The notes under the pieces: model-generated
Database searches by the model: none
Told to the model about the DNA's origin: nothing
The model's input: the letters and a program-made list of their open reading frames with translations, nothing else
Program-made: the position numbers and the translations under genes
Shown here: one piece after another, positions 1 through 10,135 of the stretch
Numbering within the stretch: position 1 is the stretch's first letter
Layout: every line of letters starts with the position of its first letter
Assembly: GCA_009937405.1 (NCBI GenBank)
Contig: JAACCU010000113.1
Location: 1-53,478 of the forward strand
Direction: 5' to 3'
Source of the DNA: Actinomycetota bacterium
GTDB taxonomy: Bacteria; Actinomycetota; Acidimicrobiia; Acidimicrobiales; Aldehydirespiratoraceae
DNA length: 53,478 nucleotides

Positions 1-1248
1 AGCGACGACAGCGAAGACAGCGAAGACAGCACTGAGAGTGATGAGCCGCTGACGGCATCGGCTCGTGGTGTCACCGAGACTGAGATCCACATCGGCATTT
101 CGATGCTCGACTTCGACGCGCTGAAGGATTTGAGTCTGGTTCAGGAGGGATGGGGAGACCAGATCGCCGTCTATGACGCACTGATCGGTGAGATCAACGC
201 CCGCGGTGGCGTTCACGGCCGGATGATCGTGCCCCACTACGAGCACTACAGCCCACTCGGGTCGACCTTCGCAGAAGCGGCCTGCACTGCTCTCACCAAG
301 GACGTTGAAACCTTTGTGGTGCTCGGTGGGTTCCAGGGCCCCGCAGAGACGGTGAACACGTGCATCGTGGACATCAACGCCACGATTCTCGTCGGCGGTG
401 TTCAGACCGCCGAGCGCCTGGCAGTCGCTCAGGCTCCGTGGGTTGTCGTCGGCGCCAGCGCAGGCCGTGTTCTACAATCGATGATGTCCGTGCTCGACCA
501 GGACGGTCGCGTCGCTGGTCGTCAGGTGGCCATAGTCGGTGCAGTGGACCGCGAAGAGGTGTTTGATTCCGCGGCGGAAATCCTGGGCCAGTTCGGACTT
601 TCGCCCGTGATTGAGGTCTTCAACGACGCTCCTGCCGGTGACGTTCCCGCAACCGATGCCCGCTGGGAGGTCATCGCCGAAAACATTCGAGCGTCGGGGG
701 CCGACACGGTGCTTCTTATCGGAAGCACCCAAGGCGGCTTGCGGGGGATCAAGGCCGCCGGACTTGACGTCGAAGTCTGGGCTGCTGATTCCACTGGTCT
801 GGAGAACCTGGGCCGAGAGACGACGGCCGACGATGCCGACGGCGCGCTGACCGTGGTTTCGCTCACCGACAATCAGCAGTGGAACCACGAGACCATGGCG
901 CCCTGTCGAGCGATCGTGGCTGCGGGGGTGCCAGAGTTGCCGTCCAAGGATCCGAACGATCATGTTGATGGTGAGGAGCGTTGGTACAAAAGCGTGCACA
1001 CTTACTGTCGCTTGGTGGGAGCCTTGGAGGCCTTGTTGATCGGGGCCGGTCGAAACCCGACCCAGGACAGCATGTACGCGGCAATTGACAACTACGGCCA
1101 GGGTTCACTCCCAGGAATGCCCTATGTCTCGCTCGGCCCGGGGAAGTCCGACCTCAACGACACCTTCCAGCTTGCCCAATACGACGCCAACGAAGGTGAG
1201 GCGGGCGGCCTGGTGTCGATCTCTGACCCGATAGACGTCACACCGTGA
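1..1248 (+). CDS. ABC-transporter solute-binding protein, PBP type-1 (Leu/Ile/Val-binding-like); 5' end outside window
   Basis: Frame +1 is open from base 1 and joins ORF 103..1248 without a stop. An acidic D/S/E linker is followed by GVTETEIHIGIS, a layout I associate with actinobacterial LivJ-like binding lipoproteins. Family call is from recalled patterns only. Confidence 0.6.
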   Translation, partial: SDDSEDSEDSTESDEPLTASARGVTETEIHIGISMLDFDALKDLSLVQEGWGDQIAVYDALIGEINARGGVHGRMIVPHYEHYSPLGSTFAEAACTALTKDVETFVVLGGFQGPAETVNTCIVDINATILVGGVQTAERLAVAQAPWVVVGASAGRVLQSMMSVLDQDGRVAGRQVAIVGAVDREEVFDSAAEILGQFGLSPVIEVFNDAPAGDVPATDARWEVIAENIRASGADTVLLIGSTQGGLRGIKAAGLDVEVWAADSTGLENLGRETTADDADGALTVVSLTDNQQWNHETMAPCRAIVAAGVPELPSKDPNDHVDGEERWYKSVHTYCRLVGALEALLIGAGRNPTQDSMYAAIDNYGQGSLPGMPYVSLGPGKSDLNDTFQLAQYDANEGEAGGLVSISDPIDVTP

Positions 1249-1255
1249 TCGACGA

Positions 1256-2410
1256 TTGAAAAAAGAAGTTGCGAGAGGTCTCCGGGTCATGACATGCGCG
1301 TCGCGGCCCGGAGGCTCCGCACTGTTTGCACTGGTGGAGGAGTACTTCGCTCTGGGGCATCATCGCACCGGTTCGGCCCCGGGCAGCGAAACGGTGGCGT
1401 GGATGGTTCAGCACCTCTGCGACCGCGGTCTTAAGGTCGAGACGAGGGCGGTGCCGTACATGGCATGGCATGGCTCCAGCGAGCTCCGCATCGACGGCCA
1501 CGAGGTCGAACATCTGGCAGTCCCGTACGAATGGGAGGGTGAAATCGACTCGATGACACCGACAGTTGGGTCCTTTCATCCAGGACACGGCGGGTCCTCG
1601 AGTTTGCTTGACGATGCGATCGAGGAGCATCGTCGGGGCACCACCCCACTTGTGCTGGCCACCGCTCATCCCGCCGGTGAACTTGTCGGCGTCAATCGCC
1701 ACTCGCTTGGCTTCGCCTCCCGGGTCCCGACGATTCTGTGCGCAGGCCGTGAAGCGGAGCGGTTGACTTCGGGCGACGTTCGCGTGACCTTGTCGGCTGA
1801 CCGTCGTGCCGGAGAGGTCTTCAACATCGTGGCTCGCAATGATGTTCCTGGAGTGCCTCTGCTGATGACCACGCCACTCAATGGGTGGTTTGGTTGCGCC
1901 GGAGAACGAGGCACGGGAATCGCGGTGCTGTTGGAGCTCATCGAGCGATTCCACGATCACCCGTTACTCGTCGTCGTCACCGCCGGGCACGAACTCGGGT
2001 GGTTCGGTGCCGCTGAGTTCGTGGCTACCAACGACACGCCTGTTGCCGCTGTCGTTCACCTGGGGGCGTCGGTGGCAGTAGAGGAAGACTCACCGCACGG
2101 TCGAGTTCTCGCATCCACTCGGCTTGCGGCCACATCGGTCGGCGGTGGTGTGTTCGAGTCCATGGCGGCTGCGCTCACCCCTGCGAACCTGGGTCTTGGT
2201 GGTGAGGGGTCGACGTGGCTTGGGGAAGCGTCGGCCTTTGCCAACCTCGACGTGCCCATGCTCTCGGTGACCGGGGCGGGAGCCGACTTTCATACACCAA
2301 TGGACAACCCCGAACGCTCGACCTCGCCCGCTGCACTCGCCATTAGCGCGGTCGCCATCGGTGGTGCCGTGCAGCACCTGCTGACGAGCGTGTCGCACGC
2401 CGCCGACTGA
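1256..2410 (+). CDS. hypothetical protein, distantly M28-peptidase-like
   Basis: Single long ORF with TTG at 1256 (ATG alternative at 1289). The segment NGWFGCAGERGTGIAVLLEL...TAGHELGWFGAAEF resembles the metal-site region of M28 peptidases, but the usual His/Asp ligands are not obvious. Confidence 0.4.
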   Translation: MKKEVARGLRVMTCASRPGGSALFALVEEYFALGHHRTGSAPGSETVAWMVQHLCDRGLKVETRAVPYMAWHGSSELRIDGHEVEHLAVPYEWEGEIDSMTPTVGSFHPGHGGSSSLLDDAIEEHRRGTTPLVLATAHPAGELVGVNRHSLGFASRVPTILCAGREAERLTSGDVRVTLSADRRAGEVFNIVARNDVPGVPLLMTTPLNGWFGCAGERGTGIAVLLELIERFHDHPLLVVVTAGHELGWFGAAEFVATNDTPVAAVVHLGASVAVEEDSPHGRVLASTRLAATSVGGGVFESMAAALTPANLGLGGEGSTWLGEASAFANLDVPMLSVTGAGADFHTPMDNPERSTSPAALAISAVAIGGAVQHLLTSVSHAAD

Positions 2411-2436
2411 ACTCAATGCCTTTCGAAGGAACGCTC

Positions 2437-3303
2437 ATGTCAACAACAACCACCGATCGCATCTCGATCCACCCGTTCGATGGGCCTTTGGGCGCCGAAG
2501 TTCGGGGTTCGATGTCGAGCAACCTGTCCGGGGTCGATACGTTCACCATCGTCGAGGCCCTGCGCCTGCACCAGGTGCTCGTCATCAAAGAGCAGCCGAT
2601 GAGCGACGAGACACTGCTCGAGATTGCATCATGGTTCGGTCCGCAATTCGTTGCCCCGGACGGGATCCCCGTGCTGGGTACCGACGAACAGGGCGCGGTC
2701 ACGGTTTTGTCCAATCGTGATGAGAAGGGGGTGGGCAGTCGGATCGCTCTGCCATTCCACACCGACTTCCAATTCATGCCCCATCCGCTGAAAGGCGCCG
2801 TGTTGCACGCAGTGGACGTGCCGCCTCAATCCGCCGGTGGAGACACGCTCTGGTCCAACATGTACCAGGCGCTCGAAGAGCTACCCGCCGATCTTCGTGC
2901 CGCCATCGAGGGTCGACGCGGGACCGGCATCAATCCGTACGCCGGTGGTCTGCAGGGTGCGGGATTTACCGGTGAGACCCAGAAGTACATCGACGATGTG
3001 ATCCCCGACTTTTGGCACCCCCTCGTGCGGACACATCCAGAAACAGGGCGCCAATCGCTTTACTTCAGCATGTTTATTCATCACATCGAGGGCTACGAAG
3101 ACCGCCCCGACGAGGAGCTCGAACTGCTCCAGGCACTGAGGGCTCACGTCGACCAGGACCATCTCTACTACCGGCACAAGTGGAGCGCCGCCGACACCAT
3201 CATCTGGGACAATATGTGCACCAACCACAAGCGCGACGACTTCGATCAAGCATTTGATCGGGAAGTCCATCGGGTGCAGATTGCCGGGACCAAACCCTTC
3301 TGA
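2437..3303 (+). CDS. TauD/TfdA-family Fe(II)/2-oxoglutarate-dependent dioxygenase
   Basis: HTDFQF (His-x-Asp) motif, GGDTLWSN and a C-terminal His. ATG 2437 has GAAGGA 6 nt upstream; the ORF-track start 2416 is also possible. Confidence 0.8.
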   Translation: MSTTTTDRISIHPFDGPLGAEVRGSMSSNLSGVDTFTIVEALRLHQVLVIKEQPMSDETLLEIASWFGPQFVAPDGIPVLGTDEQGAVTVLSNRDEKGVGSRIALPFHTDFQFMPHPLKGAVLHAVDVPPQSAGGDTLWSNMYQALEELPADLRAAIEGRRGTGINPYAGGLQGAGFTGETQKYIDDVIPDFWHPLVRTHPETGRQSLYFSMFIHHIEGYEDRPDEELELLQALRAHVDQDHLYYRHKWSAADTIIWDNMCTNHKRDDFDQAFDREVHRVQIAGTKPF

Positions 3304-3344
3304 TCAGGGGGCGGGCTTCGCCGGCTGAACGTAAGACAAAACGG

Positions 3345-3376
3345 GAGAACCCCGGGCCCTTGGACCCGGGGTTCTC
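3345..3376. terminator. bidirectional hairpin terminator between convergent genes
   Basis: Perfect 12-bp inverted repeat GAGAACCCCGGG/CCCGGGGTTCTC with an 8-nt loop, between stop codons at 3303 (+) and 3407 (-). On the minus strand the stem is followed by CGTTTTGTCTT; on the plus strand by a T-rich TTGTGATGTGTTGTT. Confidence 0.75.
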
Positions 3377-3406
3377 TACGTTGTGATGTGTTGTTCGTCT
3401 GTGCGC

Positions 3407-3904
3407 TTAGGCCGTGACGAGCGATGAACGACGCGACAGCACCAGAGCGGCACCACCGAGTGCAAACATGGTGAACCCGATCAGAATGATCGTGGATGTC
3501 GATGAGGGACCGGTCAATGCAAGCGCATTGGGATCTACGACCACTGTCTTAAATGAGATGTTCGCTGGATCCTGGTCCGCTGATCCGGCAAGGATCGTGA
3601 TGCCTTCAGCCGGGACGTCAGTGTTCACGGTGGCAGAAGCGTTACCGTCACCATCTGTGGTGACCGGGGTCCGGTTAACCATGTCGCAGGTCCCGGCCAG
3701 ATCTGCCACGTCCGTGCAAAACAGAATAAAGAGTCCTAAGTCGGCTGGGTAGCCGCTGACACTGACAGCGAAGTCGGCGGGGCCTGCTTCGGCAACAGCT
3801 CCCGGGCTCACCGTCATGGATGGGCCATCCTGAGCGGTAGCGATACCGATCAACGAGACCAGCATCATGAGAACCGCTAGAACACCTGTGAATAGTTTAC
3901 GCAT
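3407..3904 (-). CDS. secreted cell-wall-anchored surface protein with LAxTG sorting signal
   Basis: ATG 3904 (not ORF-track 4249) has GAGGGGA 6 nt upstream. The product then starts with a signal peptide, MRKLFTGVLAVLMMLVSLIGIATA/QDG. The C-terminus is LALTG + hydrophobic IILIGFTMFALGGAALVL + SRRSS, which is a sortase sorting signal. Confidence 0.8.
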   Translation of the reverse strand: MRKLFTGVLAVLMMLVSLIGIATAQDGPSMTVSPGAVAEAGPADFAVSVSGYPADLGLFILFCTDVADLAGTCDMVNRTPVTTDGDGNASATVNTDVPAEGITILAGSADQDPANISFKTVVVDPNALALTGPSSTSTIILIGFTMFALGGAALVLSRRSSLVTA

Positions 3905-3930
3905 TTGTTGTCCCCTCGCCTTTCGGCAAA

Positions 3931-3947
3931 TCTGAATGTTCGTCAGA
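3931..3947. promoter_or_regulatory. palindromic operator-like site 1 of 13 (TCTGAC-N5-GTCAGA family)
   Basis: TCTGAATGTTCGTCAGA. It lies 26 nt from the minus-strand start at 3904 and is the first of a tandem pair. Confidence 0.75.
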
Positions 3948-3951
3948 TAAA

Positions 3952-5216
<1,265 letters not shown>

Positions 5217-5217
5217 C

Positions 5218-6399
5218 TCAGCGGCTGCGCTTCAGACCGAGGCCGGCGGTGGCCACCAGATCACGTTGGATCTCATTGACGCCGCCACCGAACGTGTTGA
5301 TCTGCGCGGCCCGATTGGCCCGCTCGAGCTCGCCATGGAGGAAGGCGCCGGGCGAGTCGCTTCGCAGGTGGGCGATCGGGCCGAGGATGCCTTGCAGCGT
5401 GCGATAGACCTCGACCACCTGCTCCGTGCTGAATACCTTCACGCTCGACGCTTCGGCGGGGCCAAGTGAATTATCGGCCACGGCATTCACGAGCCGCCAG
5501 GTCATCAAACGCACTGCTTTGCATGTGGCGGTACACCTGGCCAGATCGGTCTGGACCCAGGCCACGTCGATCATGGCACCGCCATCGGGGAGCCCAGAAG
5601 AAGTCTCGCGGCACCAGTCGACGACATCATCGAGCAAACGTTCGGTGAGACCCGAGAGTGCGGCTAGACCCACGCGTTCGTGGTTCAGCTGCAAGGTGAT
5701 CAGTCGCCAGCCGGCGTTCAACTCGCCGACGATGTTGGTGATGGGCACTCGGACATCTGAGTAGTACGTGCTGGTGGTCATGTGGTCGCCGACGGTCACG
5801 AGCGGGGTCCACTCATAGCCGGGTGTATCCGTCGGCACGATCACAATGCTGATGCCCTTGTGCTTCGGGACATCTGGGTCGGTTCGACACGCAAGCCAGA
5901 TGAAGTCGGCCTGGTTGGCCCCGGAGGTGTAGACCTTCGAGCCGTTGACGACAAACTCATCGCCATCAACAACTGCCGATGTGCGCAAGCTGGCAAGGTC
6001 GGTACCCGCTTCTGGCTCGGTGTAGCCGACGGCGAAGTTGAGCTCGCCTGTGAGGATGCCCGGCAGGTATCGCGTCTTCTGTTCATCGGTGCCGTGGGCC
6101 ATGATGGCGGGGCCGACCGTGTTGACCGTGACAAACGGAAAGGGCGCGTGGGCCCGCTGGATCTCGTCGAACATGATGAACTGGTCGACGGCGCTTCGAC
6201 CTTGACCGCCGTATTCGGTCGGCCATGCCAGCCCCAGCCAGCCATCTGAGCCGATCTGGCGGATGATGCGACGAAACTCTGATGCGTTCTCGCCGGGTGA
6301 GCCGATCGCGGCGCGGGCCTCATCGGTGAGAAGATTGGCAAAGTACTCGCGAAGTTCGACCCGGAGTGCGTGCTGCTCGGGCGTCTCTGCCAAATGCAT
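5218..6399 (-). CDS. acyl-CoA dehydrogenase
   Basis: Internal ATG 6399 gives MHLAETPEQHALRVELREYF. Motifs GYTEPEAGTDLASL and FGGGVNEIQRDLV. The longer ORF-track start (6555) would cross the operator and the divergent gene. Confidence 0.9.
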   Translation of the reverse strand: MHLAETPEQHALRVELREYFANLLTDEARAAIGSPGENASEFRRIIRQIGSDGWLGLAWPTEYGGQGRSAVDQFIMFDEIQRAHAPFPFVTVNTVGPAIMAHGTDEQKTRYLPGILTGELNFAVGYTEPEAGTDLASLRTSAVVDGDEFVVNGSKVYTSGANQADFIWLACRTDPDVPKHKGISIVIVPTDTPGYEWTPLVTVGDHMTTSTYYSDVRVPITNIVGELNAGWRLITLQLNHERVGLAALSGLTERLLDDVVDWCRETSSGLPDGGAMIDVAWVQTDLARCTATCKAVRLMTWRLVNAVADNSLGPAEASSVKVFSTEQVVEVYRTLQGILGPIAHLRSDSPGAFLHGELERANRAAQINTFGGGVNEIQRDLVATAGLGLKRSR

Positions 6400-6413
6400 A
6401 CGTCGACAGTACA

Positions 6414-6436
6414 GTTTCTGACGGAACGTCAGAAAC
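6414..6436. promoter_or_regulatory. palindromic operator-like site 3 of 13
   Basis: GTTTCTGACG-GAA-CGTCAGAAAC, with perfect 10-bp arms (core 6417..6433). It sits between divergent starts at 6399 (-) and 6443 (+). Confidence 0.85.
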
Positions 6437-6442
6437 CAAACG

Positions 6443-7369
6443 GTGAGAAAAGAGCAACGAGTGGGATATCTCGAAGACAAGGTCATCGCAGTTACCGGAG
6501 CAGGACGCGGGATCGGACGGTCGATCGCGCTGGATGCGGCCAAGGCCGGCGCCAAAATTGTGGTCGCCGATTATGGCGTCACCATGGATGGCTCGGAGCC
6601 CTCATCTGCAGTGGCAGACGAGGTTGTTGCCGAAATCAAGGCACTGGGCGGCGACGCGGTTGCTGCCGCCAGTGACGTCGGCACGATGACGGGCGGCGGC
6701 GCCGTGGTGGAGGCGGCCATGGATACCTTCGGGCGGATCGACGGCGCGGTGTGCGTCGCCGGGATTCTGCGCGAGCGGATGCTGTTCAACATGAGCGAGG
6801 AAGAGTTCGACTCGGTAGTAAATGTGCATCTGAAGGGCACGTTCACCATCTACAAGAGCGCCGCCGCAATCATGCGAAAGCAAGAGGGTGGGGGTTCCCT
6901 GATTGGTTTCACGTCCGGAGTTTGGGCGCTCGGCTCGGTGGCCCAGGCCAACTACGCCGCCGCGAAAGGCGGCATCGTGAGCCTTACCTATTCGGCCGCG
7001 GTCGGGCTTGAGCGCTATGGAGTTCGGGCGAATGCCATTGCTCCTGTCGCACGGACTCGGATGAGCGAAAACGTCCCGATGGAGCTTGCCGAGAATGGCG
7101 ACCCGGAAGACATTTCCCCGATGGCCGTCTATCTGTTGTCGGACAATGCAGCCCACATCACTGGTCAGGTGTATTCCGTTGTCGGGCGGAAGATCGCCGT
7201 GTGGAGTCAGCCCAAGGAGATTCGGGCGATGTACAACGACGAGCGGTGGACCCCGGAGACCATTGACGAGAAGTTGATGGCCACCGTAAAATTCGAACGG
7301 CTGCCCTTCCTCGACATGGTCGACGAAATGAAGCGGGCCGCGGCAGCCAAGGAGTCGCCGAACGCGTGA
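6443..7369 (+). CDS. MFE-2/17beta-HSD4-type short-chain dehydrogenase (probable 3-hydroxyacyl-CoA dehydrogenase)
   Basis: VTGAGRGIGRS, VVADYG...DGS, ILRERM and YAAAKGG. About 300 aa with the C-terminal extension typical of the MFE-2 dehydrogenase domain. GTG at 6443 (GTG 6461 is an alternative). Confidence 0.8.
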   Translation: MRKEQRVGYLEDKVIAVTGAGRGIGRSIALDAAKAGAKIVVADYGVTMDGSEPSSAVADEVVAEIKALGGDAVAAASDVGTMTGGGAVVEAAMDTFGRIDGAVCVAGILRERMLFNMSEEEFDSVVNVHLKGTFTIYKSAAAIMRKQEGGGSLIGFTSGVWALGSVAQANYAAAKGGIVSLTYSAAVGLERYGVRANAIAPVARTRMSENVPMELAENGDPEDISPMAVYLLSDNAAHITGQVYSVVGRKIAVWSQPKEIRAMYNDERWTPETIDEKLMATVKFERLPFLDMVDEMKRAAAAKESPNA

Positions 7370-8556
7370 GCGACCCGGCCGTCTCTGATGCGGACTTTCG
7401 CACCGAGGTTCGCGACTGGCTGAGTGCCAATGTCGTCGGCGACTTCGCTGCGCTTCGCGGTCGAGGCGGCCCCGGCGACGAAGAGGTCGGTTTCGAGACT
7501 CGCGTTGCCTGGGAGCAGGTTCTGGGCAAGGCCGGATGGATCGGTCTCGGCTGGCCGGTGAGCCACGGGGGCCGGGGCGCCTCGCTGAGTCAGCAGATTA
7601 TCTGGGCGGAGGAATACGCTCGAGCCGACGCACCGGCTCGGGCAAACCATATGGGCGAGAACCTTCTTGCCCCCACCCTGATCGAGTACGCAACGCCAGC
7701 ACTCTGCGATCGTTTTCTGCCGGGCATCCAAAACGGGACCGAACGGTGGTGCCAGGGCTACAGCGAACCCGATGCCGGCAGCGATCTTGCCAACGTCAAG
7801 ACGAAAGCCGAGATCGACGGTGATCAGTGGGTGATCAACGGCCAGAAGGTCTGGACCTCGCTGGCCCATGTCAGCGACTGGGCATTTGTTGTTGTTCGAA
7901 CCGAGCCGGGGTCTGTCCGCCACGCCGGCCTGACCTTCCTGCTGGTGCCCATGGATCAGGAAGGGGTGGAGGTCCGTCCGATCATCCAACCGACCGGTGG
8001 CGGCGAGTTCAACGAAACGTTCTTTACCGATGCCCGCACCGAGGCCGATCTTGTGGTGGGCGAGATCGGCGACGGCTGGCGGATCGCCATGGGTCTTCTC
8101 GGGTTTGAGCGCGGCATATCGACATTGGCGCAGCAAGTGGGGTTTGAGCGAGAACTTGATGCCACGATCGAACTCGCTCGTCGGCATCACCGGATCGGTG
8201 ACCCGGTGACGCGTCAGCGTCTCGTGCGAATGTGGACGGGTCTGCGACTGATGAAACTGAACGCCATGCGATCGATGTCGTCAGACGGTGTACCTGGCCC
8301 CGAGGCCAGCATCTCCAAGTTGTTCTGGGGAACCTGGCACCGCGACCTTGGCGAGCTCATGATTGACCTTCAGGGCGTGCATGGCCTGATCGCTGAGCCT
8401 GATGGCGAGTTCATCGACGATGATGCGTATCCACTTACCCTTGAGCAGAAACTGTTTCTTTTCACCCGGTCTGACACGATCTATGGCGGATCAAACGAGA
8501 TTCAACGCAACGTGCTTGGTGAGCGCGTGCTCGGACTACCACGGGAGCCACGATGA
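7366..8556 (+). CDS. acyl-CoA dehydrogenase
   Basis: GTGA overlap with the upstream stop. Motifs GYSEPDAGSDLANV and YGGSNEIQRNVLGERVLGLPREP. Confidence 0.9.
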   Translation: MSDPAVSDADFRTEVRDWLSANVVGDFAALRGRGGPGDEEVGFETRVAWEQVLGKAGWIGLGWPVSHGGRGASLSQQIIWAEEYARADAPARANHMGENLLAPTLIEYATPALCDRFLPGIQNGTERWCQGYSEPDAGSDLANVKTKAEIDGDQWVINGQKVWTSLAHVSDWAFVVVRTEPGSVRHAGLTFLLVPMDQEGVEVRPIIQPTGGGEFNETFFTDARTEADLVVGEIGDGWRIAMGLLGFERGISTLAQQVGFERELDATIELARRHHRIGDPVTRQRLVRMWTGLRLMKLNAMRSMSSDGVPGPEASISKLFWGTWHRDLGELMIDLQGVHGLIAEPDGEFIDDDAYPLTLEQKLFLFTRSDTIYGGSNEIQRNVLGERVLGLPREPR

Positions 8557-9308
8557 TTCCGGACTACGAACCCGGCCATGAGCTACTTGCAGGAAAGCGG
8601 GTGCTTATAACCGCGGCCGCGGGAAGCGGCATCGGATCGGCAACGGCCAAGCGATGCGTGGAAGAGGGCGCGATCGTGATGGTTTCGGATCGTCACGGCC
8701 CGCGCCTCGAAGAAACTGCAGCCGAGCTCGGAGCGGCATCGGTGCTGTGTGATGTGACCGATGAGGAGAGCGTGCAAGCCATGTTTGCCGCGGCTATTCA
8801 GGAAATGGGCGCGGTCGACATCCTGATCAATAACGCCGGTTTGGGCGGCACCGCAGAGGTGCACGAGATGACCGACGCACAATGGTCGAAAGTTCTCGAC
8901 GTCACCTTGACGGGCACGTTCCGGGTGACCCGGGCCGCCCTCACTCACATGTATGAGACTGGGGCCGGTGTGATCGTGAACAACGCTTCGGTGCTTGGCT
9001 GGCGAGCTCAGACCGGTCAGGCGCACTATGCCGCGGCGAAGGCTGGGGTCATGGCGCTGACTCGTTGCTCTGCGATCGAGGCGGCTCCTCGGGGTGTGCG
9101 CATCAACGCAGTCGCTCCAAGCATCGCCATGCACGCCAATTTGGCGAAGGTCACCTCCGACGAGTTGCTTGAGGAACTCACCAGTCGAGAGGCGTTTGGC
9201 CGAGCCGCCGAGCCATGGGAAATCGCCAACGTGATCGTCTTCTTGGCCAGCGGCTACAGCAGCTACATGACAGGTGAGACCGTGAGCGTCTCGAACCAGC
9301 GGGCTTGA
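8553..9308 (+). CDS. short-chain dehydrogenase/reductase (FabG-like)
   Basis: ATGA overlap with the upstream gene. Motifs ITAAAGSGIGSA, NNAG and YAAAKAG. Confidence 0.85.
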   Translation: MIPDYEPGHELLAGKRVLITAAAGSGIGSATAKRCVEEGAIVMVSDRHGPRLEETAAELGAASVLCDVTDEESVQAMFAAAIQEMGAVDILINNAGLGGTAEVHEMTDAQWSKVLDVTLTGTFRVTRAALTHMYETGAGVIVNNASVLGWRAQTGQAHYAAAKAGVMALTRCSAIEAAPRGVRINAVAPSIAMHANLAKVTSDELLEELTSREAFGRAAEPWEIANVIVFLASGYSSYMTGETVSVSNQRA

Positions 9309-9312
9309 GCGG

Positions 9313-10080
9313 TCAGTCGTCTCGGTTGCGCAGGAACGCAGGAGTGTCGCCGCCGCCATCGACAACGATGTTTGCCCCGGTGAGATAGCCGGCCGATGAA
9401 CTGGCCAGGAACATGCACATACTTGCGATGTCGGACGGCCTGGCCATCCGTTGCATTGGGATCGCCGACTCGATCAGCGCCATCGTCTCGGCGCCCCCGT
9501 AGTGCAGTTCGCTTTGCTCGGTTCGGATCAGCCCGGCTGTCACCGAGTTGACTCGAACCTTTGGCGCCCATTCCTGGCCCGCAGTTTGGGTGTAGTTGAG
9601 GAGGCCGGCTGTGGCGGCCCCATAGGCGGCGGTCGTGGGGGCTGGCCGTAATGCGGTGACGCTGCTGATGTTGACGATCGAGCCGCCTTCACCAATTTGC
9701 ATGTAATGGTTGGCGCGTTGTGAGACGTGCATGGCTGACAGCAGGTTCAGTTCGATGATGCGCTGACTGAATCGGGGGGACACGGTGGCAGTGTCGGCGG
9801 GCGGCGAACCTCCAGCATTATTGATCACCCAATCGATTCGCCCGGCCTGTTCGATGACGAGGTCGACCATGCCAGCCGCAGCGTCCCCGTCGCGGAGATC
9901 GGCACCGGCAAACACCCATTCAGGTGGAAGGTCATCGACGTTGGAACGCGCGGCAACAGCGATCGTTGCCCCGGCCGCAGCGAATGCGTTGGCGATGCCG
10001 CGGCCCAGGCCCTTTGTCCCACCCGTCACCAAGACGACATGGTCGGAGAAGTCAAAGGTTGCCACTGCCATTGTGGCCAC
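9313..10080 (-). CDS. short-chain dehydrogenase/reductase family protein with atypical active-site motif
   Basis: VTGGTKGLGRGIA and NNAGG are present. The expected YxxxK reads YGAAT (Thr codon ACA at 9610..9612). Confidence 0.8.
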   Translation of the reverse strand: MATMAVATFDFSDHVVLVTGGTKGLGRGIANAFAAAGATIAVAARSNVDDLPPEWVFAGADLRDGDAAAGMVDLVIEQAGRIDWVINNAGGSPPADTATVSPRFSQRIIELNLLSAMHVSQRANHYMQIGEGGSIVNISSVTALRPAPTTAAYGAATAGLLNYTQTAGQEWAPKVRVNSVTAGLIRTEQSELHYGGAETMALIESAIPMQRMARPSDIASMCMFLASSSAGYLTGANIVVDGGGDTPAFLRNRDD

Positions 10081-10095
10081 CGTAGCCCGTCACGC

Positions 10096-10116
10096 AATCT
10101 GACACGACGTCAGATT
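10096..10116. promoter_or_regulatory. palindromic operator-like site 4 of 13
   Basis: AATCTGAC-ACGAC-GTCAGATT, with perfect 8-bp arms (core 10098..10114). It lies 17 nt from the minus start at 10080 and 21 nt from the plus start at 10136. Confidence 0.85.
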
Positions 10117-10135
10117 TCGCAGCTACAGTCGAGGC

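Noticed and set aside
7-30. 9-nt tandem repeat GACAGCGAA x2.7 at the window edge.
   Set aside because: It encodes the acidic (DSE)n linker of the solute-binding protein. This is ordinary low-complexity coding sequence.
7207-8190. 327-aa minus-strand ORF antisense to the acyl-CoA dehydrogenase gene. Similar long antisense ORFs occur at 8583..9365, 16603..17820, 28281..29129 and 34514..35218.
   Set aside because: Their translations are Arg/Pro/Gly-rich and low in complexity, with no recognisable motifs. They lie fully opposite genes with strong family signatures. Long antisense ORFs are expected in high-GC DNA.
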